Below the pieces are notes generated by a model. It had not been told where the DNA came from. It was given only the letters and a program-made list of their open reading frames with translations, and did not search any database. Positions 36,356-46,940 of a DNA stretch of 64,000 nt are shown here, in pieces; position 1 is the stretch's first letter; the number at the start of each line of letters is the position of its first letter. A program made the translations under genes and the position numbers. The stretch is from Azolla caroliniana. Taxonomy: Eukaryota > Plantae > Polypodiophyta. The stretch spans positions 1 through 64,000 of the forward strand of contig JBHGNT010000092.1 in assembly GCA_043228905.1 (NCBI GenBank), given 5' to 3'.

Positions 36356-39300
36356 ATGTCTCAAACACCATCATTAGAAGAAGCAGAAAATGTTGCAGTA
36401 ATTGTTGGCAAAAAGAAAAGTAGTGTTCAAGCATTTGAATGGGCATTGAATACACTTATGACCTCTCATACCAGGATCCTTCACCTCGTACATGTGCTCA
36501 ATCGGCAACAGTTTATTCAAACTCCAAGTGAGTAGAGCGATCATACATTTCTCTCTTTCATTTTCTTACTTGGTAGTAGTTCAATCACAAGTTTTTTAAA
36601 TTCTGATAGACCCCCAACTGTCCCTTTTGTTCTTGAAATGCCCTTGAGTATTTGATATTATGGGAAAAACTCCAAAATACCCAGTAGGTCTCTCAAAATG
36701 CGACTGTTTTTTTGTGATTACCCCAAATACCCCTGGGCAACCCTGAAAGAATGAAAATAGGGGTGTTAATTCATCCCATATAATTGCACAAATTGCAGAT
36801 ATAATTGATAAAAAGAGTATGATGCAACTGATCATATGACAACTGCAGTATATAATTTCTTTTTCAATCGCAACCCTTGTTTTATTTCGAAATGCTTTAG
36901 AATTCTCTGTTTTAATTCTGAAATGCCACTTCTGTTTCCATTATTTTCCCAAACTCCCCGGGAGCCCCTGAATGAGAGAAAAAAAGGGATGACTTGATCC
37001 CATATAATTGCACAATAGCTCATGTGAATGATAAAAAGTTGATGAATTAACCATTTGACACGTAATTTCTTTTTTGGAGATTTTCTGAAGGGCATTTCGG
37101 GAGATAATGAAAAACCAGGTTAATTTCTGAACATACAGGAATATTGAGGATATTTGTATTTTTTCTTTTCCTAAATCTACATCACTATTACAAAGGGTCT
37201 TGTTGCTGTATAATCATAGTAGGCGGCAGGTCAACCTCATTCCCTAATGCAAAGTTTTGCCTCTTCTGTTATTATGATAGTAAGCTAGAAGTAAGAGGTA
37301 GCTATATTAGGGAATATGTTCGCTAAAGTTTTTTCTAGTCATCCGATTGATACTGTATTCAGAAATTGGGAACTTGTTGTGTTGTCTAAAGTTTTTGAAA
37401 TATATCTCTTAGATGCTGTTTTTGCATTATGTGTCCAGATGTGTTAAAGGTCCAAAACCTTACAGCAAAATGGCTAGTGAATGAATAATTCTAACTTTTA
37501 CAGTGGTGATTTATATAAACACAAAAAAAGATATTAGTTTTCTTGAATGTAATTGCATTTTTCTATTCAAATTTGAACAACTCATGATTGTTTCAGTTAT
37601 AATTCAAAAGAACCTGTGGTTGAAGCTAGTTCTTCATGATTCATATCTCTTCAAAAGGAGCTGTATGGCTCATCTATATTGGATTCTACTTGATGTTATA
37701 ATCGGTCTGAATTATTATTTTTGTTCTTTCTTTATAGTGGGTCCTCTGCCTTTCGACCAGGCAAATGAACAAGTTCAAAAGCAAGCTAGAGAACTGCAGT
37801 CTTTGAAAACTGAAAAGCTGCTACATGTGTACAAGAAGATGTGTGAAAAAAGAGAGGTAGATTCTGAACTAAAAACCATGGAGCGCGAACCTACTTTTAT
37901 TCCTGCTTTATCATTCTAGTCGCTGACATCCATTCCTTTGTATCAGTTGAATTGCTATGTTCATTGCATAGAAAGTGATTCAGTTCAGAAAACCCTGCTG
38001 GAACAAGTCACAAAACTTAGGATCAGAAAGTTGGTGCTTGGGTCTTCCTCAGGATTTAAAATGAAGTAAGCATTTGTAAGTATTATTAAGTCATTATGGA
38101 TTGCAAGATGTGGCTACCTTCTCTTCATTGAACTGAAGGGAGTAATAACTATTTGGACAGGATTATACTACATTATCCAATGCTTTTCATATAAATATCT
38201 GTTGCCGGTTAATGATATAGTCCTGGTGATAATTGTTTTTCCTACAAATAATATACAATCCTGCTACCTAAACAGAATAAAGAAATGAAATTAACCCTTT
38301 TCACAGCTTGGCAGCAAAGCTTGGTCCTTTGTACTTATTATTCCTTTTGTGTTTATTTCAGAATCTGAAATTTTGGAACCTGAAACTGCAAGTCAAACTT
38401 TAGAGACATGATATTTTTGTATATGAATCTTATGGCATACTGAATAATGATGCGTATATCTGCAGATGGTTTAAGAAATCGAACATCACTGTGTTTTTAA
38501 CACAAAATGTTCCTGATTTTTGTGCTGTAATGGTGGTAAAAAATGGAAGACTTGTGTCGGTGAAAGATGCAACCGATTCCTCCGCAATTAAAGGTATTTC
38601 TGTTTGTTTTTTATTCTCAGGTTTTAGGAATTGTAAGGCAAAGAAGACTATCAAAGTTGGGGGTTTAGTAGCTAGTTTTAGCGAGAATATTCTCTTTTTA
38701 TCCTGTTCTTGGTATTCTTGATCAGCTCACTCACAAGTTGTATATATTCTTTACAAACAATAAAAAGAAAGAATCATCCTTTCATTTTTCTTGGGGAGCT
38801 CTAACTTTAATGTTCTCCATTGATCATCATTTCCATGAGTATGAATGAGTTACCAAGGCCAAAAGAATTTTCAAAGGATCAATGCTTTTGTTAGGAGAGG
38901 ATACGTAATTTTTCTGAACAAAAATGAAGACCTGATATTAAGATTTTAGTAACAATATTTCCCTGCTGCTAAGTTAGAAGATCCATGGGATTAAATTAAT
39001 TGTTTTAGGGCAGAACACTGATGTCTGAAATACACACAGATAGGAGATTTAGTATCTGAATGTGAATCATGTAGTACAGAACACTGGTATCGGAGTAATG
39101 TAGGGCAGAATATCAATGTCTAATTGGTTCTCCTTCCTTTCCGCATTATGGGTTTCAATCTGAGTGCGTTGGGTGTCTTGATATAGAAGGGGATGCTAAT
39201 CGACCAAATATTGTAGCTTGATAGGAGAATTAGTGTCTGAATGTGAATCATGTAGTACAGAACACCAATGTCCGAATCATGTAGGACAGAAGACCAATAT

Positions 39301-40075
39301 CTGTAATTCATTCAGAAGGAGGCTTATCATCAATTGGCTGTGTCCTTTCCACATTATTGGTTTATATCTGATTGTGTTGGTTTTTTTCAATAGAGAGGTG
39401 GATGCTAATCGATCAAATATTTCTATCTTGGTAGGAGATTTAGTGTCTGAATGTGGATCATGTAGCACAAGTGACTATGAGCAAATGCAATACAAAGGTT
39501 TGTCTTCAAGTTCAGACTCCACCTGGCGATTCGGTGAATATTTCACGGATGAATATTCCGAGCATTTCCGGTCCCGTGGAGATTCCAATTATCGAAATCC
39601 GTCTGTTGGAAAGCTTCGTGATGAAATAGAAGAAGTATTGACGAGCCAAGCCTTTCAAAGCCTGGAGATCGGATCTCGCTCTCCAGTACCGATCTATAAC
39701 ATGCTTGAGACATCGAAGATAACAACAACAACAACAACAACTCCTCAACAACAAACTCATTCCGAAACCACCTTATGCAAAACATCAAACATGTCGATGC
39801 AGGGAACACAAGAAATGGTTTTGACGAAAGAGTCTGAAAGAACAGAGGAAGAGCTATGTGCCGATATAGGAGCGCCTTTGGAACCGAGTAAAATAGAGCG
39901 CGTGCACGGAGTGTCTAATGAAACAGAAAGACACGATGAAGTAATTGTTGCTCATTTGAATTCAGAGATACATGCTTTACGGCTAGAACTGGCTATGGTG
40001 AAGCGAGAAGCCGCGGAAAATAAACGCAGGTATCTTGAAGTTTTGAATGATCTCAAGTCAAAAGAAATGAATTGA
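36356..40075 (+). CDS. USP (adenine-nucleotide alpha-hydrolase-like) domain protein of the PUB33/35-type N-terminal class with C-terminal coiled coil; exons 36356-36527, 37738-37856, 37947-38065, 38466-38593, ~39396-40075
   Basis: MSQTP...NVAVIVGKKKSSVQAFEWAL...LHLVHV...IQTP/MGPLP...LLHVYKKMCEKRE/...IESDSVQKTLLEQV..LRIRKLVLGSS/...VPDFCAVMVVKNGRLVSVK. The first four exons have GT-AG introns with matching phases. The last-exon acceptor is uncertain. Confidence 0.82.
36722..37075. repeat. Diverged direct duplication (~226-bp period) in intron 1 of the USP gene
   Basis: CCCTGAA...ATCCCATATAATTGCACAA...TGATAAAAAG...TAATTTCTTTTT occurs twice. Confidence 0.7.
39010..39470 (+). repeat. Threefold tandem duplication spanning the last intron/exon boundary of the USP gene
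   Basis: Core TAGGAGA(T/A)TTAGT(A/G)TCTGAATGTG(A/G)ATCATGTAG at 39041, 39222 and 39432. Confidence 0.85.
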
Positions 40076-40523
40076 CTTATTGTCAAATCCATAAAAGTGT
40101 GAAAAACAGAGCTTGGTTGCGAGGTTGCTATGGAAAGGTCGTAATATATACCACTCATTCTCTTCGAAATGTTCCCCAGGTAACGTGACAAATAACAATT
40201 TCTACAAGCCCAAGTACGAAAGGTGGGGGTGGTGGTGGATATGGCAAATGTCTACTTTGTACTAGCATGTGGTGGTGAGAATATTAGTCTAATGTTTAAA
40301 ATGAATGTTTGTAAAGATTCGGCAAATGTTACAAATTGTTTTAAGGAAATGAAACTAATATTCGCCAGGGAAAAAGTAAAAACAATTGGAAAATTTCGAA
40401 AGATTAGCCCTATCTTTTACACTTCGTTAACAAGTTCGAAGTGGTTTATGATGTTTTTATCTTGCCAATGAGGGTTTGGTCCACCAACTCTAATGTCACA
40501 ATTTGAAGGAGAGGGAGAGACAA

Positions 40524-42739
40524 ATAGATAGATAGATAGATTATATTATCGTTTTTGGAGGTCAAATATGACCTATGAGACAAAAAATATTACATTTCAC
40601 GTGATACGTGTGAAAGTGAGTAGCAAGTCTCGATGTTTAAGAACTTTACCAATGAATGTTGCAATCGAGAGTGCACATTATGGTTGTGAGAAAAATTCGT
40701 GCAAAGATTGGGCTTGGTTGAAGAGATGCGGAAAGCATGGTTTAATATGATAAAAGGCAGAGCATTGTATCAAAGTGTGATACTCAAACTCTCGAACTTG
40801 TTTAGGGCAAAGTGTGCATAGTCAACCACTCTTATCAATTGTGCCCCAACGCCTCATTTCACATTGCAATGCATGTGAGCAAAGTCTCATGGAAGCAATG
40901 GTTTGAATGGAACATAATGGGATGGGCTCCAACACATATCGATGTGTACGGTTTCCCCGTTCTGCGAAGAATATGGTTTGTAGTTAGGTGCAACATGTGT
41001 GGTATAATGTGTGAAGCATGAGCCTCCACATCTCTCCTATGTCATGATACATACATTGGCGTTGCAAAAAGGCATCATTTACCGACTCTAAGGAATCTAA
41101 TGATGCATCATGAAACAAGTGTCTCACATCCTATCTACCAAACCATTTTTCTATATCTTGTATCCAACCAGAACATAAAATTTTGCTCTTTTGCATCTTT
41201 TGCGTCTTTTGGATCTTTTTACTTGCTTCCCATACAATTCTAGGATTCAATCAATGTGGGGGACTTTTTTGAACCTTAAGCATATATTCAACAACCGTTT
41301 CCATGGCCGTGATCTCAATGGGAAGTTATCCCGTCTCAAGGAGGAGGGAGTAGGGCGTTTGTTTCTTAACTTGTATAAACTTTGTAAGAAAATATTTTTG
41401 GACATTTTCAAACTCTTTCCAAGTAGATTTAGGGATGTTACTGCCCCATACTTCCACCCCACAGAGAAGCATCAATGTCACCAAATTGTCGAAAAGGTAT
41501 TTCTCGAGGACCCAACATTTAATATTTGCATGATTGCATGTGTTCTCAAGTGCATAGTATGCTCGCTTACCCGCCTCTAAGTGGCGTGTAGCACATTCAT
41601 TCCATCTATGATTGGAAGGAACTTTAAGGCCAAGATATTTGAAGCTTTCCACACAATCAAGTGGCTCATTGTTGTACATAATGCATGGTCTATCTCTTTT
41701 TTGGCTCTTCACAAGCATAATCTTTGTTTTAGAGCTATTGACACTTAATTTAGTATGCATGCAAATTTTTCCAATGCTTTCATAAGCTTTTGTGCATCTC
41801 CTAAATTATTTGCAAAAAGCATTACATCATCTGCATATAGCAAAAACATAATCACAACATTCCTAATGATAACTTCTTCAACACATTTTTCCTTTGCAAA
41901 CTTGGTAACCATTTCTTCCAATTCATCAATGCATAGACCAAATAGTGTTGGTGAGAGTGGTCATCCTTGCTTAACACTAAAAGTGCTTTTGAAAAAATCT
42001 GAAAGTTTATCTCTCATGCGCACACAACATATAACCTTCTCATAAATTCGGGAAATTGCAAGCATATATTCACTTGGCACCTCAAATTCTTCCATTCGCC
42101 TCCAAAGATGCTTTCTTGAAGTCTACAAAGTAATAATATAAACCTTTACCTCTAAGGCGACTTTCCTCCATTAATACTCGAAGGGTGACAAGGTGATCAA
42201 TGGTGCTATGGTGCTTTCGAAAACCAATTTGTCCATAAGCTCTCTTACCATTTTTTTTAGCCCATACACTTATATTTGATTCCATTACACATCCAAATAG
42301 TTTTGCCATTAATGAGCCAACCATGATGGTTCAATAGTTGTTTACATTATTTATATCTCCACCTTTATGTAAAAGGTTTGATCCAATTTGTAGTCCAATC
42401 GAACAACATACCATGTTGCAATGCATCATTAAACATATCGCTTATCCATACATGTGCTTCCTTTCTCGTCCATTTGAGCATTTCAACCTTTATACATTGA
42501 AGATTGCTTGCCTTTCGAGAGGTCAATTTCTTAAGTCCTATGCATATATTTTCAATTGTAAAGAAGGGAGACATATGTGAAAGAGAATCATAAGACATCA
42601 TCTTTTCGGCAAGAGATAACTCATATAAATTCTTACAATGCATAGAAAAGTCGTGAAGAGTTAAGTCACCATAACTCTCAACACGTTTCCCCTTTAGATT
42701 TCCCCAAAATTTGGCACATGCATGTGCTTTCTCTTGAGT

Positions 42740-42740
<1 letters not shown>
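40524..42740 (-). mobile_element. Degenerate non-L1 LINE (RTEX-like RT with C-terminal Cys/His finger)
   Basis: Fragments AKLFGCVME, Q.GFRKHHSTIDHLVTLR, FVDFKKA, KQG*PLSPTLFG, LYADDV, FKYLG, GVEVWG, LLETG and SHALQCE..RW...LCTLCP....EYHTLIQC. The 3' end abuts (TCTA)4 at 40524-40540. Confidence 0.75.

Positions 42741-42741
<1 letters not shown>

Positions 42742-42791
<50 letters not shown>
42742..42791. repeat. (AG)25 microsatellite
   Basis: Directly visible between the RTEX-like element and the inverted L1. Confidence 0.95.
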
Positions 42792-42793
<2 letters not shown>

Positions 42794-45066
42794 ACTAGAC
42801 ATCCATTCAATCAATTGACCATTTGTAACATTCATTCCTAATGGATAGCCCAAGTGTAAAAAAATAAAGCCTTTCTTCATCATGAATCCTTCCTATCCTA
42901 AACATTCCAAATCCCTTTAAGTACATGATATGAGACTAGACTTCCTCCAATTAATATGTATTCAAGAAGCAAATGCAAATTGGTTCCACATGTCTAGTAA
43001 GTTGAAGGATAAGTTTATGTATTGGAAGTCACAATCTTGGCCATTTCATGTACACTTGAAGGTTGTACAATGTATTATGGAACCCATGACATTATATTAC
43101 TTGCCATTGTTCCCATGAACAGAGAAGGCTTTGCATTTAGTTTTGCAACCTCTTCAATATTGGTTGTGGAAGAAGAGGGATAAGATGGGAATCACTTGCC
43201 AGGTTGCGTGGAATCATCTAGCAACCCCTAAGCACTTGGGGGGAATTGGAATATTGAACTTATCTATGCATATGATGGCTTGTAGATTTTCATTATTACA
43301 AGACATGTATTCAAACTCACAACCATGGATATCTATTGTTCAATATTTCATTGAGAACAAGGGTAACACATGGGAGCACAACGATAAAGGCTGCATGGTG
43401 GCAATTACTAAATGGATGTATTTCACTTAGGATTCCGGTTTCTTCATGTGTTCAACACTTGGTTACCTCATGGCAAGAAGCACTCTTGTTATGTGTATGG
43501 AAACCATCATATAGTAGAGAACATTGTAATTCTTTGCAAAAAGAGTTACTTGTGTCTTCTCGGTTATTATGTAGGCCAAGAAAGGAGAGATTGCACTCTC
43601 AATTTAATTGTTTGTTTCGTTTGGGGGTTAGGAAAGGAGAGATTGTACTCTCAAAGAGGTGGGAGATATAGTTGAGGCTCCATCTCAAAGGATTTTGGAG
43701 TTTGTTGAAACGCAACAATTATTACGCATCCCACCTAATTATGGGTTTATTTGGCAACAACTACAAAATATTGCATTGATGCAAGGTCCCTTACCACTAC
43801 AAACAAGAGAATAACCATGGGTTGATTGGTATTTACGGGGTCAAACACCATTGAGCATTACAAGTGACTACTAATCTTTTGTACCATTGCTCTATTGAGT
43901 CTCTTGGATGGTTATCATCTAAGGCTAAAGAAGAATAGAAAATACACAAATTTGATCATGGGTGGTGGCAAATCTTACAACGTAGTTGGCATTCTAAATT
44001 GTCACTTGTAGCAAAGGTCTTCATTTGTAGATTTTTGATTGGAGGGTTGCCTTTGGGATTAACTCTAAAGCATCGTGGACTAGCAACGGGTAATTGTTTT
44101 TTTTTGCACCGTTCAAATGGAACATAGTACTCATCGATTTATACAATGTCTGATTGCTTGTCATATTTGAAGTTACATTTATCAAATTTGGCAAGTTTTA
44201 TCACAGTGTTATTTGACACCTAGACAGTGGGTGTTTGCACAATTTACACAGGTTGACCCAAAATCAGAGATGGAGATTGTTTTTCTTTTTCTGAGATATT
44301 GGGGATTGCGTCATAATTGGTGTTGTCCATAGGCCAAAAATAGAAATTAGTTAAATATAATACGCCGAAAGTAAGGCGAGTAGGTAAGGGAGAATTAGGT
44401 AAAACGCCGAGTTTTGAGCCTCACAGTCAGTTGACCGCTCGACGCTGTATGAAGGAAAAGAAGTATATAAACCGAGGTTTGCGTACCTCGGCAAGGGGGA
44501 GAGATATCTAGAGCCTAGGGAGGTCGGTTCATAGTTATAAGAGCTTTGTAAGGCTACTAGTTGTGGGCCGTGTTCTTTTGTAAACATCGCTAACTATTGT
44601 AGTAATACATATCTATAGCTCTTGTTGTTTTCATCTATGTGTCGTCGCTTTTAAGGTCTCAACTACGTATACGAACCGAGCTCTATTCCGAGTATGCTCT
44701 CCGTGTTCTCCCCCTAAAGACACCTCCGTGCACCAGTCTTCACGATTACACTTCCCTTCATACCGATAGCTTGTAGGCATATCGAAGGTGTTTCCGGTAG
44801 AACGGATAACAATTGGAACATGCGCACACTTTTGTATTCGATGGTAGACATGTAGTGAAAGCATATGTACGAAAGTTGAAGGGAGTACGAATGTGACAAT
44901 TTTCTTTATTGGAGCAAATGAAAATTCTTTCCATAGTGGAGTGTTCCATCTTGCCTATTTATTGGCAATTCAACATGTATTGGGTAATCATACTCCATTG
45001 TCACACACATTGTAAGTAGTGTTTTTTACATACATTTATCAATATAATTGCGTGTTTTCACCAAAA
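42792..45066 (+). mobile_element. 5'-truncated L1-type LINE with 5' inversion, interrupted by a solo LTR
   Basis: 42792-42989 is inverted (minus strand INWRKS...HLGYPLG...LIEWMSS) and continues on plus as MSSKLKDKFMYW...VAWNHLATPKHLGGIGI. The frame runs across the solo LTR (LRHNW/NMR). A short A-tail is followed by (GA)n, matching the left flank. Confidence 0.82.
44321..44811 (+). mobile_element. Solo LTR (491 bp)
   Basis: TGTTGTCC...GGATAACA termini, perfect 5-bp TSD ATTGG (44316-20 and 44812-16), internal TATATAAA near 44464. Confidence 0.88.
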
Positions 45067-46073
45067 GAGAGAGAGAGAACATAGAGAATCAACCCCACTT
45101 GCCTAAGGGTGATGGTTGTATATACCTACAATCTCAAGAGTTGTATTCCTTTGTCATACTCTCCAAAATGACGAACACCCTCCAAGACCTAAATTTTTCC
45201 TAGGCTTGGAGGGTCACACTAATCTTGGCATCCTATATACAACATATATTAACATATATTATATGCCAACTGCTCAAAGATCACCTTGGAGAAAGGAGGT
45301 TTCTCATATCCATCTCCTCATAACTCCTAGTTGTCCCTCAATGTGATTGCAAGTAGCATTTGCAAGCCATCATCATTACAAATGTGACGAAGATTTTGTT
45401 AAAATTTGCATCTTGTTAGAGGCAAATTTATGAATTTAAAGAAGTTTTTATTAAAATGTACATCTTGTTGTTGCTTGATTGGTTTTAGAGACAAATTGCA
45501 CTTTGTATTTCGGATTGAATGTACGAGATTCAGTGAATTTTTAGGTTGATATATCCCATTGTACGGTGATACATCTTTGCCCTTCAATAAGGCTATTTAG
45601 TTCCTAAGTCGCATTCTTTAGAAATGATTCCATCTCATGCTTCAATGTGCGTTGGTGCATGTTGCCTTGTGTAGAATTTGTAGATTATATCCATTAGGAC
45701 TTGTAGTGATGTCAAGATGTTTTGAGATTTGTTGTTGTCTACAAACGTTCCTCTAACTTCAATCTCTTTGTGGCCTTCATTTTGCCTCTTTGCAAAAAAC
45801 ATCTGCAAAAATGGTCCTACATGGTTCCACATCTTACCATCGATTGTTGGTACATCTTCCTTTTCCCGAAGACCATATCACTACTTTAGATCATTGCTTA
45901 AGCGATTAGATGCCAAACCTAACACAAGGTCCATATGTACGAAGAATGCATTTCCTTACTTTCAGATCCAACTTTCACCATAGTTTCTTAAGCATATGAC
46001 CATATGCCTCCTAAAGAATTGTTTTGCAAGTGACCATAATGTGCATTTGTCTACCCTTGAGCTACCTTCACAC

Positions 46074-46409
46074 CATAGTTGTTAAAAAACACATATTCTA
46101 TGTAGAATACATTTTAATATACTCTAAAGTATTCTACATGAGTTCTAAGTATTCCACATATTTAATAAGTACTTAACATTTCCAAAAAGTAAAATCTAAA
46201 ATGTAAAAAAAATGTAAAATATGCTTAAAAACTAAAATTAAGAAGTATTTAACGTATTCTACATGTATTCTACATTTTAAAAGTATTCTACACATATTCC
46301 GTGTATTTTATCTACATTTATTCTTAGTATTTGAAAAAAAGATGGAGTACTTAGTATGTACGTAGAATATGTGTATTGTATGTTAAGTTACAAGTATTCT
46401 ATAACAATG
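46074..46409. mobile_element. hAT-like MITE (336 bp)
   Basis: Imperfect TIR CATAGTTGT / ATAACAATG, 8-bp TSD CTTCACAC (46066-73) and CTTCACCC (46410-17), and many internal GTATTCTACA subrepeats in both orientations. Confidence 0.65.
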
Positions 46410-46689
46410 CTTCACCCTTCAATTTTCTTGGAGAGAGATAGATGGCATTGATAGTTATCGACCCCACATTCGTCTAGAATTGAGATTTAGGTTGGCATGT
46501 TGAAGCATTGACAATTTGACACTATCAACTCCTACATTATACTCCAATTCATATTCCATTCGACCACTAAGAGTACTTGGGGGCAATTAATTCTAAAAGT
46601 CGAGGAATTCGGTCTTCTCAAAAATCTGGAAACTCAATAGGAAGTTTATTCTCCTTCATTTGTCGAGCTTTCGACATTCACTCATTTCT

Positions 46690-46940
46690 TCATCTCTAGA
46701 ACTACTAGCCACATAGTGATGTTTGGGGAAATTTCCATCCTTTCTCTTAAAGGGATATACATGCACTTTTCTAGTGGCATCATCGATGAAGTTCACAACA
46801 TAGAGCTCTGCAGTTACGAAACAAATCAACATCAGCCCACACATATCACAATGTACCAAGTACTCTATCGAAGTTTATAGTGGCTTCCACAAGCATAGTG
46901 TCGACATTCTTTCCTTTTAACATAAACACAATGTTTACAT
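46690..46940 (-). mobile_element. Copia integrase remnant
   Basis: LVHCDMCG...YVVNFIDDATRKVHVYPFKRK matches the Copia HSDVCGP/FIDD..RK.WVY motif. Confidence 0.7.

Noticed and set aside
45080-46065. Short minus-strand ORFs after the L1 3' end
   Set aside because: No identifiable homology and no evident continuation of the RTEX-like element.
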